64,000 nucleotides of DNA from Patescibacteria group bacterium (GTDB lineage: Bacteria; Patescibacteriota; Patescibacteriia; Patescibacteriales; UBA12465). Positions 9,758-19,138 of the stretch are shown here, piece by piece. The number at the start of each line of letters is the position of its first letter. The stretch's first letter is position 1. A model generated the notes under the pieces. That model was not told the origin of the DNA and made no database searches. It saw nothing but the letters and a program-made list of their open reading frames with translations. The position numbers and the translations under genes are program-made. The stretch covers positions 29,752 through 93,751 of the forward strand of contig JBMOHF010000002.1 of NCBI GenBank assembly GCA_049317985.1, given 5' to 3'.

Positions 9758-10669
9758 TTATATTTTTTCCGACCCCCTTAACTTGGCAATTCTCTCGGCT
9801 ACTGGCGGGTGAGTCATCATCATTTTAGCGAACCAAGAAGTTTTTTGTTCATTACCTTTGAATGGTGAAGCAATATACAAATGCGCTGTTGCCCGATTAG
9901 CCGCTTCCAGCGGCTCTTGATCGGCAGAAATTTTTTCCAGAGCCCGGGCCAAGCCTTCCGGATAACGAGTCAAAAGCGCGGCATCGGCATCAGCTAAGAA
10001 TTCCCGCTTGCGAGAAATTGCAAACTGCATCATATAAGCGCCAAGCGGAGCGAGAATTGCAAAAACAATTGCGACGATTGTGATAACTAGCGCCATCTGC
10101 CCACCTTCGGAATCATTACTTCTCCTTCGTCCGCCAAAAATTGACCAACGCATAAACCAATCGGCCAACAAAACGACGAGACCAACCATCACGGTCACGA
10201 GTGTGGCGAGCAGGATGTCACGATTGCCAATATGAGACAGCTCGTGAGCGATTACTCCCTCTAATTCAACTTTATCCAACTTCTGCAGTAAACCCGTAGT
10301 GACGGCAATCACGGCGTGATCTTTGTCTCGACCAGTCGCAAAAGCATTGGGTGCAGAATCTTCAATAATATAAATTTTTGGTACAGGCAGGCCAGCAGTG
10401 ATGCAAAGATTTTCCACCAAGTGATAAAGTTCACGCGCACTGTCGTGGTCTATTTCTTTGGCACTACTCATTGCCAAAACCATTTCCGCGCTAAACCAAT
10501 AGCTAAAAAAGCTTGAAACTACACTAAAAGCGACGGCAATATAAAGAATCACCGAATTGTTCATCGCTTGAGAAAACACAAAGCCAACAATCATGATAAA
10601 CGCAAAGAACCCAGTCATTAAATACCAGGTCTTGCGCTTGTTGCTATCGCTATTATGATAAAGGGTCAT
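9758..10669 (-). CDS. htpX: zinc metalloprotease HtpX (M48 family)
   Basis: HELSHIGNRD HExxH zinc motif, four TM segments, M48 architecture. Confidence 0.9.
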   Translation of the reverse strand: MTLYHNSDSNKRKTWYLMTGFFAFIMIVGFVFSQAMNNSVILYIAVAFSVVSSFFSYWFSAEMVLAMSSAKEIDHDSARELYHLVENLCITAGLPVPKIYIIEDSAPNAFATGRDKDHAVIAVTTGLLQKLDKVELEGVIAHELSHIGNRDILLATLVTVMVGLVVLLADWFMRWSIFGGRRRSNDSEGGQMALVITIVAIVFAILAPLGAYMMQFAISRKREFLADADAALLTRYPEGLARALEKISADQEPLEAANRATAHLYIASPFKGNEQKTSWFAKMMMTHPPVAERIAKLRGSEKI

Positions 10670-10675
10670 AGAGAA

Positions 10676-11236
10676 TTAGAATTTCACTTCAACAGGTGCT
10701 TTTTCGGCTTCGGCAGTTTCGAAGAAAATACGAACTGAGAATCCTAACATTTTACCAAACATATTCGTTGGGAAAGATTGCAGTTTTGTGTTGAAGTCAC
10801 GAACGTTACCATTATAGAAACGACGAGAAGCCATGATTTTATCTTCCGTGTCAGTTAATTCACGTTGCAGTTCAAGGAAGTTTTGGTTAGCCTTCAAATC
10901 TGGGTAACTTTCTGATAAAGCAAAAATTGACTTCAACGTTGAAGACAAAGCATTTTCCGCTTTTTCAATTGTCTCTGGGTTTCCGCCAGTCTGAGCACTC
11001 ATCGCTTCGTTACGAGCCTTAATGACATTTTCCAAAGTTGCGCTTTCGTGCGCGGCGTAGCCTTTGACGGTTTCGACGAGGTTTGGAATCAAATCGTGAC
11101 GACGTTTCAATTGAACATCGATATCGCTCCAAGCTTCATCGACGCGATTCTTTAAACTTATCAAACCGTTATACATGCCCATCGCCATTAAAGCGATTAA
11201 AACAATGATCCCGATAATAATCCAGGTAGTAGTCAT
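10676..11236 (-). CDS. lemA: LemA family protein
   Basis: N-terminal TM segment followed by the NGLISLKNRVDEAWSDIDVQLKRRHDLIPNLVETVKGYAAHE LemA signature. LemA-HtpX adjacency is a conserved pairing. Confidence 0.85.
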   Translation of the reverse strand: MTTTWIIIGIIVLIALMAMGMYNGLISLKNRVDEAWSDIDVQLKRRHDLIPNLVETVKGYAAHESATLENVIKARNEAMSAQTGGNPETIEKAENALSSTLKSIFALSESYPDLKANQNFLELQRELTDTEDKIMASRRFYNGNVRDFNTKLQSFPTNMFGKMLGFSVRIFFETAEAEKAPVEVKF

Positions 11237-11377
11237 AAATTTGAGATAATTAATTAATTAATCCCTAATATTATAGAGCAAAAAACGCAAAAAATCAAGT
11301 TTATTTGACGAATAATAAAGATAATGTTAGGATGGTTAATTAAATCGCATATTAACAATTCTAAAAACTCAGTAATC

Positions 11378-12028
11378 ATGAAAAGGATTTTTTTACTTTT
11401 ATTCGTTTGTCTTGCCATGAGTGGCCAGGCACAAAAATTATTACCAACTACTTTTGGCGCCGTGCCAGAAACTTTACTTAAAATATCAAAAGCCGATTTA
11501 GTAGTTCGGATGACTACCGTTTTAGAGCTTCTATCAGAACAAATTCAGCCGGACACGAGTATTCTAAAGATTAGATCATTTTGCGCATTAAGTGACCAGA
11601 ATGGCATTACTTTTTACATCGTGGCAAACATGAAAGAAAACACACTGGGCCTAACATTTTATTCAAACAAAAATGCTTATGGTAACACCTGGCAAGACGC
11701 CAATTGGTTAAAAATTGAATCGAGGGAAAAATGGCAACACGAAGATGAAGGATCAACTTGGAACTATGGATATTTTTTCGACGAAATTTATTTTGATATC
11801 GGCACTGATGGATATTGCGACGGCTATTTAGATAGCCGAAACAATGAAAGTAATTTCATCAATCCTGAGGCGAGTAAGCCGATGGAAAAATTCTTTATGA
11901 AAAATGGCTGGCTTGGAGCATTCAATAAAAATGAATGTTTTAAACCAGGACAAGCCATCTATGCAAATAGACTGTATTTAGAAATTATTAATAGTATTTG
12001 TACTGCCTACGAAAAATATTTTAACTGA
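11378..12028 (+). CDS. hypothetical secreted protein
   Basis: Start moved to MKRIFLLLFVCLAMSGQAQ (signal peptide). No recognisable family. This is the only plus-strand gene in the first 23 kb. Confidence 0.5.
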   Translation: MKRIFLLLFVCLAMSGQAQKLLPTTFGAVPETLLKISKADLVVRMTTVLELLSEQIQPDTSILKIRSFCALSDQNGITFYIVANMKENTLGLTFYSNKNAYGNTWQDANWLKIESREKWQHEDEGSTWNYGYFFDEIYFDIGTDGYCDGYLDSRNNESNFINPEASKPMEKFFMKNGWLGAFNKNECFKPGQAIYANRLYLEIINSICTAYEKYFN

Positions 12029-12043
12029 ATAATAAGGACTAAA

Positions 12044-12075
12044 GCACCGAAAAATCAATATCGGTGCTTTTTTAT
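12044..12075 (+). terminator. rho-independent terminator of the 11378..12028 gene
   Basis: GCACCGA-N10-TCGGTGC stem followed by TTTTTTATT. Confidence 0.65.
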
Positions 12076-12134
12076 TACAAAAATAAAAAATCGCTTCCTT
12101 GAGAGAAGCGATTGATAAGCAGTTATTCTAAAAG

Positions 12135-12779
12135 CTAATAAGAAGAGTAGCAACTAGAGATCACAGAGATTGTTTTTCTTATTTGCGGCACGGAAGTCAT
12201 ATTATTTAGCCTAGCATTCTTTGGCATTCCCATGACTGCGCGCGGCGTACAAGATACGTGAACAAATAGATACGGAATTTTACAATTTGTTTCCTCTATC
12301 GCTTGAAGCGTTCTGAACATTAATGCATTGCAGCAAAATGAATGGGCATTTTTTGAAATCTTCGTTTCATGAGTTATTTTTTCACGATTTAATTCAGAAA
12401 AGATTTTATCAAGCCTCCAACGATCAAAATCTACCTCCAAGGCAAATTTTGAATTAAACTTATCATCGATAACTCTTTTGTGTTCATGCGACAAACAATA
12501 CTTTTCATTTGCTACCCAATTTCTGGCTAGCGATTCAATTCTTATACCTTCAACGCAAGAAGACATTCCCAGGGAAATAATTGCTTTAGCATCTATCTCT
12601 TGCGCTTTTTTAACAATTTTCCGACCATAATTTGTTGCGTCGGCAAAAACTCTGACCGGGAAGATAAAGCTTTCAACCTGATGAGAGTTTATTATTGATA
12701 AATCGGTTATTGCAGCCTCAGTGGCATTTTCACAATAACTACCAAACTTTTCGAAACCAGTGATTAGGATTTTGTTCAT
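12135..12779 (-). CDS. pcp: pyroglutamyl-peptidase I (peptidase C15, Pcp)
   Basis: ILITGFEKFG N-terminus and a conserved Cys in HSFCCNALMF aligning with the Pcp catalytic SAGTFVCNH region; 214 aa. Confidence 0.7.
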   Translation of the reverse strand: MNKILITGFEKFGSYCENATEAAITDLSIINSHQVESFIFPVRVFADATNYGRKIVKKAQEIDAKAIISLGMSSCVEGIRIESLARNWVANEKYCLSHEHKRVIDDKFNSKFALEVDFDRWRLDKIFSELNREKITHETKISKNAHSFCCNALMFRTLQAIEETNCKIPYLFVHVSCTPRAVMGMPKNARLNNMTSVPQIRKTISVISSCYSSY

Positions 12780-12829
12780 AAAATACTCCTTTTTTACGGT
12801 TATTAAAATTGTTAATTAACTAAATCTTG

Positions 12830-12901
12830 AGCGAGTGAGCGGAATCGAACCGCCGTTTTCAGCTTGGGAAGCTGACATAATAACCATTATACGACACTCG
12901 C
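12830..12901 (-). tRNA. tRNA-Gly (anticodon CCC)
   Basis: Cloverleaf folded by eye: acceptor GCGAGUG/CACUCGC, U8, anticodon stem UCAGC/GCUGA, loop UUCCCAA, T-arm GGCGG-UUCGAUU-CCGCU, discriminator U73. CCA is not encoded. Confidence 0.8.
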
Positions 12902-12928
12902 CTACGCGTCGCAGAAGCAACGCTTTTT

Positions 12929-15889
12929 CTATTGTTTCACAACTGCTAGTTTTGATTTTTCTGCTCCCAGAGAGACTTCTTTCGAAATAATATTTTCCGG
13001 AATAGTTACCAAAAGAAGGTCGTCGCTTAAAGTATCTTTTTTGAGATCTTCTTTAAATTTTTCAACCGTTGAAATAACTTCAGCGTCGACAGTTTCTAAA
13101 TAGACTAGCACTCGGTCAGAAAGAGTCAAGCCCGCCTCTTTGCGAAGCATATTCACAAAACGAACTATTTCACGCTTCAAACCCTCAAGCTTCAATTCTG
13201 GGGTAATCACTGTATCTAAAATTACTTCTGGGAAATCATTTTCAAACTTCTCCCAAATCACTTTTTGGATATTCAATTCATCTTTAATTAATTCTAAATA
13301 CTCACTACCTAATTCAAATTCCTTCGTCTTAACCGTTAGAGAGGTGAGCATCTGACGAATTTTTATTCCGGCCCCATCGCGAGCAGCGAGACCGAGCTCA
13401 ACAACTTTGCGAACTAATTCCATCTGAGCTAAAACGGTTTGAGATTTCTCATCGATGTTTTTTATTTCAGACCATTTTTCCAAGTGCACTGATTTTTCAC
13501 CATCAGAAAATTCGCTACCCGTGAGATTCTGCCAGAGATTTTCTGCAACAAAAGGCATAAAGGGGGCGAGGACTTTTGATAACTCGAGTAAAACATATTT
13601 TGTTGTTGCTAAAGCAGATTGTTTGTCGTTTTCATCTTCACTTTTGAAACGCTCACGACTGCGACGTAAAAACCAAGTAGAGAGTTCGTCAACGAATTCG
13701 GTTATTGGGCGCATGGCTTTCTGAAGATTATAAGCCTCCATCGCTTCGGTAACATCTTTGAGCAACAAATTAAACTTCGCAATAATCCAGAGATCAAGGA
13801 TATTCTCTGATTGCTTATTTTCATCGGTGAGCTCAGCGCCAAACATTTCATAGAATTTATAAACATTCCAAAGAATCATTAAATTCTTGCGCAAAGATTC
13901 TTCTGTTCCCTTTTCTGAGAAATTAAGATTTTCGGCTTGAACTACTGGCGAAGATAGGATGTAGGCACGCAAAGCATCTGCTCCGTACTTATCTAAAACA
14001 TACATTGGATCAGGATAGTTTTTGTCACGTTTGGCCATTTTTTTGCCATCCTCAGCTTGAACAATTCCGTTCACCACAACGTTCTTGAAAGCCTCCTGGT
14101 TTCTGATACCGCCAGAGATAACGTGCAAATAGTAAAACCAGCAACGAGTTTGATCAACCCCTTCCGCGATAAATTGAGCTGGGAAATTTTTTTCAAACTT
14201 TTCTTTATTCTCAAAAGGATAATGTAACTGAGCGTATGGCATTGATCCAGATTCAAACCAACAATCCATCACGTCTGGAATGCGAGTCATTGTCCCCTGA
14301 CATTTTTCGCATTTAAATGTTAACAAATCGACTTTGTCTTTGTGAATATCGGTAATTTTTTGGCCAGTTAATTCTTCTAATTCGGCCACACTGCCAAGCA
14401 CTTTTCTTTCGCCGCATTCACATTCCCAAATTGGCATAGCGCTCGCCCAAAAACGCTGGCGAGAAATAGACCAATCCCTTGCACCTTCCAACCAATTGCC
14501 AAAGCGGCCATTTTTCAGATAATCTGGTGACCAATTAATATTCTTGGCACTCTCCAAGAGTCTTTCTTTGATTTTAGTTACTCCCACAAACCAGGATGAG
14601 GTTGCGTAATTGATCAAAGGAGTTGCACAGCGCCAACAATGAGGGTAGCTATGTTCATACTTTTCTTTATGAAATAAAGTCCCGTGCGCTGCTAAGTATT
14701 TGATAATTTCGATATCAGTCGTCATGTGATCTTCTACTGGTTTGACGTGCAGACCTTGGAAATCAAGCACTTCGGATTTAAACATCCCGTCCATCCCAAC
14801 GTGTTGAACAAACGGCAAACCATTTTCCCTTCCGAGATTCATGTCATCTTCACCAAAAGCAGGAGCAATATGAACAACACCTGTCCCATCAGTAGTTGTC
14901 ACAAATTCAGCGGCATAAATTTGCCAGCCGTTATTGCGATTTTCTAAAGAAACATCATTGGAATAGTAAGGGAATAATGGTTCATAATATAAGCCAACTA
15001 AATCAGATCCCTTTATATCATCATGAACAATTTCAATTTCTTGGTCTTTTAGGACATCTTTAACTCTTTCTTTTGCTAAAATTATAAGTTCGGGGACACC
15101 CTTGATTCTCAAAGCAACATAATTAATATCTGCACCAACTGCTAAGGCAACATTGCCAATTAAAGTCCAAGGCGTTGTTGTCCAAGCTAATATATAAACT
15201 GAGTCCTTAGTTTCATTTTCATTCCCCCATTTTTGCCCAGCCTTGATATGAAACTTCGCAATTGCCGAAAGATCTTTAATATCTTGGTACCCTTCGGTTA
15301 CTTCTGATTGCGATAAAGTTGTTTCACATCTTGGGCAAACATGCATGGAACGATAATCTTTGTAGATTAAATTTTTGTCCCACAATTGTTTAAAAGTCCA
15401 CCAAACGCTTTCCATGTAATCCAGGTCCATTGTCCGATAAGAATTTTTCATATCAGCCCAGCGACCAAGGCGAGTGATCACCTTCTCCCATTCGTCGGCA
15501 TAGGTCATCACTTTTGAACGACAAAGATCATTGAACTTGGCGACGCCCAATTCAATAATTTCTTTCTTGGTTTTTGTGCCCAACTCCTTCTCAACGATAT
15601 TTTCAATTGGCAAACCATGACAGTCCCAACCCCAACGACGCTCAACGCGATAGCCGTTCATTGTGAAATATCTCGGCACAACATCCTTCAAGATACTGCC
15701 AACTAAATGACCATAATGCGGCGTACCAGTGGCAAAAGGAGGGCCATCGTAAAAAACGTAATCACCACGGGGTGCTTCTTGATCTACTGACTTTTGAAAA
15801 ATCTGATTGGTGTTCCAAAAAGAAAGAGCTTTTTCTTCTAGCTCTGGGAAAGAAACACGTTGATTTTGGACTTGATTATTATCTGACAT
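12929..15889 (-). CDS. ileS: isoleucine--tRNA ligase
   Basis: PPFATGTPHYGH HIGH region, WDCHGLPIE, KMSKS-like KMAKRDKNYPDP, and a zinc-binding CxxC region. Start placed at MSDNNQ (15889); the 40 codons upstream in the ORF track look like read-through. Confidence 0.9.
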   Translation of the reverse strand: MSDNNQVQNQRVSFPELEEKALSFWNTNQIFQKSVDQEAPRGDYVFYDGPPFATGTPHYGHLVGSILKDVVPRYFTMNGYRVERRWGWDCHGLPIENIVEKELGTKTKKEIIELGVAKFNDLCRSKVMTYADEWEKVITRLGRWADMKNSYRTMDLDYMESVWWTFKQLWDKNLIYKDYRSMHVCPRCETTLSQSEVTEGYQDIKDLSAIAKFHIKAGQKWGNENETKDSVYILAWTTTPWTLIGNVALAVGADINYVALRIKGVPELIILAKERVKDVLKDQEIEIVHDDIKGSDLVGLYYEPLFPYYSNDVSLENRNNGWQIYAAEFVTTTDGTGVVHIAPAFGEDDMNLGRENGLPFVQHVGMDGMFKSEVLDFQGLHVKPVEDHMTTDIEIIKYLAAHGTLFHKEKYEHSYPHCWRCATPLINYATSSWFVGVTKIKERLLESAKNINWSPDYLKNGRFGNWLEGARDWSISRQRFWASAMPIWECECGERKVLGSVAELEELTGQKITDIHKDKVDLLTFKCEKCQGTMTRIPDVMDCWFESGSMPYAQLHYPFENKEKFEKNFPAQFIAEGVDQTRCWFYYLHVISGGIRNQEAFKNVVVNGIVQAEDGKKMAKRDKNYPDPMYVLDKYGADALRAYILSSPVVQAENLNFSEKGTEESLRKNLMILWNVYKFYEMFGAELTDENKQSENILDLWIIAKFNLLLKDVTEAMEAYNLQKAMRPITEFVDELSTWFLRRSRERFKSEDENDKQSALATTKYVLLELSKVLAPFMPFVAENLWQNLTGSEFSDGEKSVHLEKWSEIKNIDEKSQTVLAQMELVRKVVELGLAARDGAGIKIRQMLTSLTVKTKEFELGSEYLELIKDELNIQKVIWEKFENDFPEVILDTVITPELKLEGLKREIVRFVNMLRKEAGLTLSDRVLVYLETVDAEVISTVEKFKEDLKKDTLSDDLLLVTIPENIISKEVSLGAEKSKLAVVKQ

Positions 15890-15953
15890 ATTTAAGGGAT
15901 ATTTATTATGTATATGGCTTAAATTAACATAAAGTATTGATAAAAGCAATGAT

Positions 15954-16496
15954 TTAAGCCATGGATTCAAAGACCGGTAATTCTGAAAAATCCGACTTAC
16001 CGATGGCAAAGACTAATTTTTTAGGACAACTCAGTCCGTTCTTTTCCATTATCCCCAAAGCACAGCTACGGTGCATACCCTCGATAACAAATATTTTTCC
16101 ATCTTTTGTCTCCAAAGCAATAATCATCTTTGTCTCAGGGTAGTTCTTTATAATAGCTTGAACGTCACGATGATTTTTAACCTCCTCTTGATCGGCCAAC
16201 TCTAAGAAATTACTAGTCTTTTTTCCTTGATACCGATTTTTAATCCAGCCTTGGAATGGTCCGCCAAACCATGTCGAAACAACTGCACAAGGCTCACTTA
16301 CCTCATAAAGACCCCAGGTTGCTTTGGCGCATTCAAACCTTTTAGCATAACATTTTAAGCGCCAGTCAGCCCAAGAAGCAAAACCTTTTTCCTTAACTAT
16401 GTTTAACCATTTTTGACTATCACCTTCGCCCTGAAACCAAGAAAGAAATACCTCCTCCCATTCACAAGAGCGGATTAGTTTAACTCTTTGATCCAT
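15954..16496 (-). CDS. hypothetical protein with a ParB/sulfiredoxin-like DGxHR motif (weak)
   Basis: 180 aa; VIEGMHRSCALG resembles the DG-HR-A core of ParB/Srx-fold domains. No other support. Confidence 0.35.
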   Translation of the reverse strand: MDQRVKLIRSCEWEEVFLSWFQGEGDSQKWLNIVKEKGFASWADWRLKCYAKRFECAKATWGLYEVSEPCAVVSTWFGGPFQGWIKNRYQGKKTSNFLELADQEEVKNHRDVQAIIKNYPETKMIIALETKDGKIFVIEGMHRSCALGIMEKNGLSCPKKLVFAIGKSDFSELPVFESMA

Positions 16497-16701
16497 ATTG
16501 TTGTTCTCTTAAATATTCAAACCTTGGCATAACTTTTCCGTCGACTTCTACGTTCTCCAAAAACATCGCTAAGGGGCGGACCCAAAGTTCATCATTATGA
16601 TAATAAGCAACCATTTCTTCCATGGTTTCACTGTGTTTGGCGACTCCAATGACCTGGCAATCAACTCCTTTATAATGGCGATAAATTCCTGATTTTAGCA
16701 T
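16480..16701 (-). CDS. DUF1653 family small protein
   Basis: GIYRHYKG...VIGVAKHSET.EEMVAY....LWVRPLAMF matches the DUF1653 signature. Confidence 0.6.
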   Translation of the reverse strand: MLKSGIYRHYKGVDCQVIGVAKHSETMEEMVAYYHNDELWVRPLAMFLENVEVDGKVMPRFEYLREQQYGSKS

Positions 16702-16708
16702 ATTGGTT

Positions 16709-17539
16709 TTATTTTAATTCCTTTTTTTGCTTAGGTAAAAATTTATTTTTAGAAATAATAGAACGACCAACTTGTTTTTCTAACTCTTCTCTTGCTTTTT
16801 CAGCTACCCCACCACCCTTTGTGGCAACTTTTCGGCTATCATCAAATGTCTCCGGTTCCTCAACTTTGGATATTTCCGTTGTTGAAGCCTCGGCAAGCAT
16901 ATTTAAGACTAATTCTAGATTGGTCATATTGTCTCTCAAATTTTCTTTTTTGAGACTTTTAAATTCTTTATAATCTTTGGTTTTTAAACCGGCCCAGGCG
17001 AAAGTGATGTCATCCGTCAGAGTAGCAAACTCATCTGGTTTGTTTACTCCTCGCTCATTCCATTCGTTAGTTAAGTCTTTGCGAATTTCAATACTTTTCA
17101 ATCGTAAATCAACCCAACTTTTGGAATGTCCTTTCTTAATATAAGTGGTCATCGCTCTTTGAATCGCTTTCTCCGGATCTTCCACTTCTTCTACTCGTTC
17201 ATAACCGACACGAGCTAACCAAAGTTTAAAAGGTTCGGCGTTTGGTGAAGGAACAGATTGAATCAAACGAAAGATGGTTTCCGTATCGGCGGCGTCTGAG
17301 AGATAATATTTACCATCTTTAGCTAAAAATTTCAGTTGGTGACATTTTGTCACCACCTCACTACCCTCCCCTTTTAACCTTTGGGATAATTTGTTCCAAT
17401 ACTTTCTAGCGTCAGAACTAGATACCAAACTAGCCACTACATCTACCACCGAAAAATACCATTTTTCTTTTTTCTCATCCCAAAAACGTCGAATTTCTTG
17501 ACCCGAAAAAATACTTAAATTTTGAAGTTCATTTTTCAT
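16709..17539 (-). CDS. DinD-like / Bro-N domain protein (DNA-damage-inducible protein D family)
   Basis: N-terminal FxxxEIRxxxDxxxxWFSVVDVVASL...DARKYW Bro-N/KilA-N-like segment. The C-terminal region parallels E. coli DinD (SLKKENLRDNMTNLELVLNMLAEASTTEISK versus GLKKNQKILDHMGSTELAANLFRATQTEEKLK). Confidence 0.55.
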   Translation of the reverse strand: MKNELQNLSIFSGQEIRRFWDEKKEKWYFSVVDVVASLVSSSDARKYWNKLSQRLKGEGSEVVTKCHQLKFLAKDGKYYLSDAADTETIFRLIQSVPSPNAEPFKLWLARVGYERVEEVEDPEKAIQRAMTTYIKKGHSKSWVDLRLKSIEIRKDLTNEWNERGVNKPDEFATLTDDITFAWAGLKTKDYKEFKSLKKENLRDNMTNLELVLNMLAEASTTEISKVEEPETFDDSRKVATKGGGVAEKAREELEKQVGRSIISKNKFLPKQKKELK

Positions 17540-17606
17540 AACTTTATTTGTTATTAATTAATAACAAATATTATAACAAATTGATAATAAATTCCCGGTA
17601 AATAAA

Positions 17607-17801
17607 TTATAAACTTGGGTTTAAGGCCCTTTCCTTCAGTTCGGCAATTTCCTCCTCATCTTCATAGAGCTCTCCCTTGCCTAATTTAAAAAGCAAAGGG
17701 ATGACGCCGCATTTCGCACATTCACCCCACTTACATTTACCCTTTTTCTGGAAGTGCTCTCGGCACATTGCGACTTCTTTGTTGAAAGTTTCTTCAGTCA
17801 T
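17607..17801 (-). CDS. small Cys-rich (zinc-ribbon-like) protein
   Basis: C-x9-C-x5-C-x2-C (CREHFQKKGKCKWGECAKCG). Start placed at MTEETF to avoid overlap with the upstream Nudix gene. Confidence 0.35.
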   Translation of the reverse strand: MTEETFNKEVAMCREHFQKKGKCKWGECAKCGVIPLLFKLGKGELYEDEEEIAELKERALNPSL

Positions 17802-17814
17802 AAATTTATATTTA

Positions 17815-18279
17815 TTATTTACTGCCACAGCATTCTTGAAACTTCTTACCGCTACCGCAAAGACATAGTGGATTTTCATTTAAAAATGATTTAGTTGCTG
17901 GAAAAATATTTTCTGGTAATTCGGTTAGTTTAAACCACTTCATATCGGAAAATTTGTCTGGCTCCATTAGCTTTTCTTCGCCACTATAATTTTTAGCTGT
18001 CATGTGGATTGTTACGTAATGTTTATTTTCTTCTGGATACACGTTGCTTATTACGCCGATCACATCAACCTCTTTGACATCTATATCAACCTCCTCCTTA
18101 GTTTCTCGAGCCCCGGCTTCAAGAAATGTTTCGCCATATTCCATATGACCACCCGGTGCGCACCAAAAACCAGAAGCATGAACTGAGTTTCTCAGAGATA
18201 ACAAAACCTCATTTTTATCATTAATAATATAAACCCCAACGCCAACCTTAGGACGAAGATCTTTGTTTGATTCTGACAT
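17815..18279 (-). CDS. NUDIX hydrolase with a C-terminal SEC-C metal-binding motif
   Basis: Nudix box GGHMEYGETFLEAGARETKEEVDI, plus C-terminal CLCGSGKKFQECCG (SEC-C motif, also present at the SecA C-terminus in this window). Confidence 0.8.
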   Translation of the reverse strand: MSESNKDLRPKVGVGVYIINDKNEVLLSLRNSVHASGFWCAPGGHMEYGETFLEAGARETKEEVDIDVKEVDVIGVISNVYPEENKHYVTIHMTAKNYSGEEKLMEPDKFSDMKWFKLTELPENIFPATKSFLNENPLCLCGSGKKFQECCGSK

Positions 18280-18294
18280 ATTTTTTAATTGTTA

Positions 18295-18744
18295 TTAAAC
18301 TATAAATTGCTTATATCCCTCCTCAACATATTCTTTTGCGAACTCTGCGTTTTGAATTGATTTGAACTCGTGATGATAACTGAAAAATTTTTCAATCAAT
18401 TCCCTTTCTTCTAACGCAATATCTTCCCAATTTTTTATTAATGTAATCGTTCCGTCAATTGCCACAATCTTATCATCACCGTCAGCACGATTTATTAAAG
18501 CGATTGGCTCGATCTCAACTTCTTCGCCGACCGCAAAAGTTTTTTCGGAAATAATTAAAACATCAATTTCGTCTCCTTCTCCGACATTCAAGGTGTTCGG
18601 AATATACCCATAATGGACTGGCATAACCCCATCATTTACTGGGATTACATCAATTATTGGTCCAAGATCGATAAAACCAGTTTTCGCAAAATTAAAATGC
18701 CTTCGCCTGTTGTCTCCTTTTGGAATTTCAATAATTGCTTTCAT
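18295..18744 (-). CDS. ppa: inorganic pyrophosphatase (family I, short form)
   Basis: IIEIPKG...YGYIPNTL..EGDEIDVLII aligns with PPase VIEIP...NYGYI..TL..DGDPLDVLV; KIVAIDG; 149 aa. Confidence 0.7.
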   Translation of the reverse strand: MKAIIEIPKGDNRRRHFNFAKTGFIDLGPIIDVIPVNDGVMPVHYGYIPNTLNVGEGDEIDVLIISEKTFAVGEEVEIEPIALINRADGDDKIVAIDGTITLIKNWEDIALEERELIEKFFSYHHEFKSIQNAEFAKEYVEEGYKQFIV

Positions 18745-18748
18745 ATTT

Positions 18749-19117
18749 TTATTCTTTCTCTATTTTCGCCTGATACCACAAATCTAAACCATCATTAGGA
18801 TAACGAGGTACAATATGCAAGTGAAAATGAAAAACGCTCTGCTGAGCATCAGCACCGGCAGCATGAAGGACATTTACTCCGGTTGCATTCATTTCGACTT
18901 TCATCTTTCCAGCTAGTTCTCGAGTTACTTCCATGACCCGAGCTAATGACTCAGATGAGATATCGAGAATATTTTCACAATGCTCTTTAGGTATTACTAA
19001 GGTGTGCCCTTTGCTTACTGGGCCATGAGTAAAAAAAGCCAATACAGATTCATCTTCATAAACCTTTTTAGCTTCAGCTTCTCCTCTTATAATTTTGCAA
19101 AAAATACAATTTTCCAT
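18749..19117 (-). CDS. HIT family (histidine triad) nucleotide hydrolase
   Basis: HFHLHIVP histidine triad and N-terminal CIFCKI zinc motif. Confidence 0.85.
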   Translation of the reverse strand: MENCIFCKIIRGEAEAKKVYEDESVLAFFTHGPVSKGHTLVIPKEHCENILDISSESLARVMEVTRELAGKMKVEMNATGVNVLHAAGADAQQSVFHFHLHIVPRYPNDGLDLWYQAKIEKE

Positions 19118-19138
19118 ATTTTTATTTTCCGAAATATT

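Noticed and set aside
17815-17879. 65-nt overlap between the 90-aa Cys-rich ORF and the Nudix-SEC-C gene, as a possible programmed overlap.
   Set aside because: An internal Met (MTEETF, start at 17801) gives a non-overlapping 64-aa protein that retains all four Cys residues. The longer ORF call is probably just upstream read-through.
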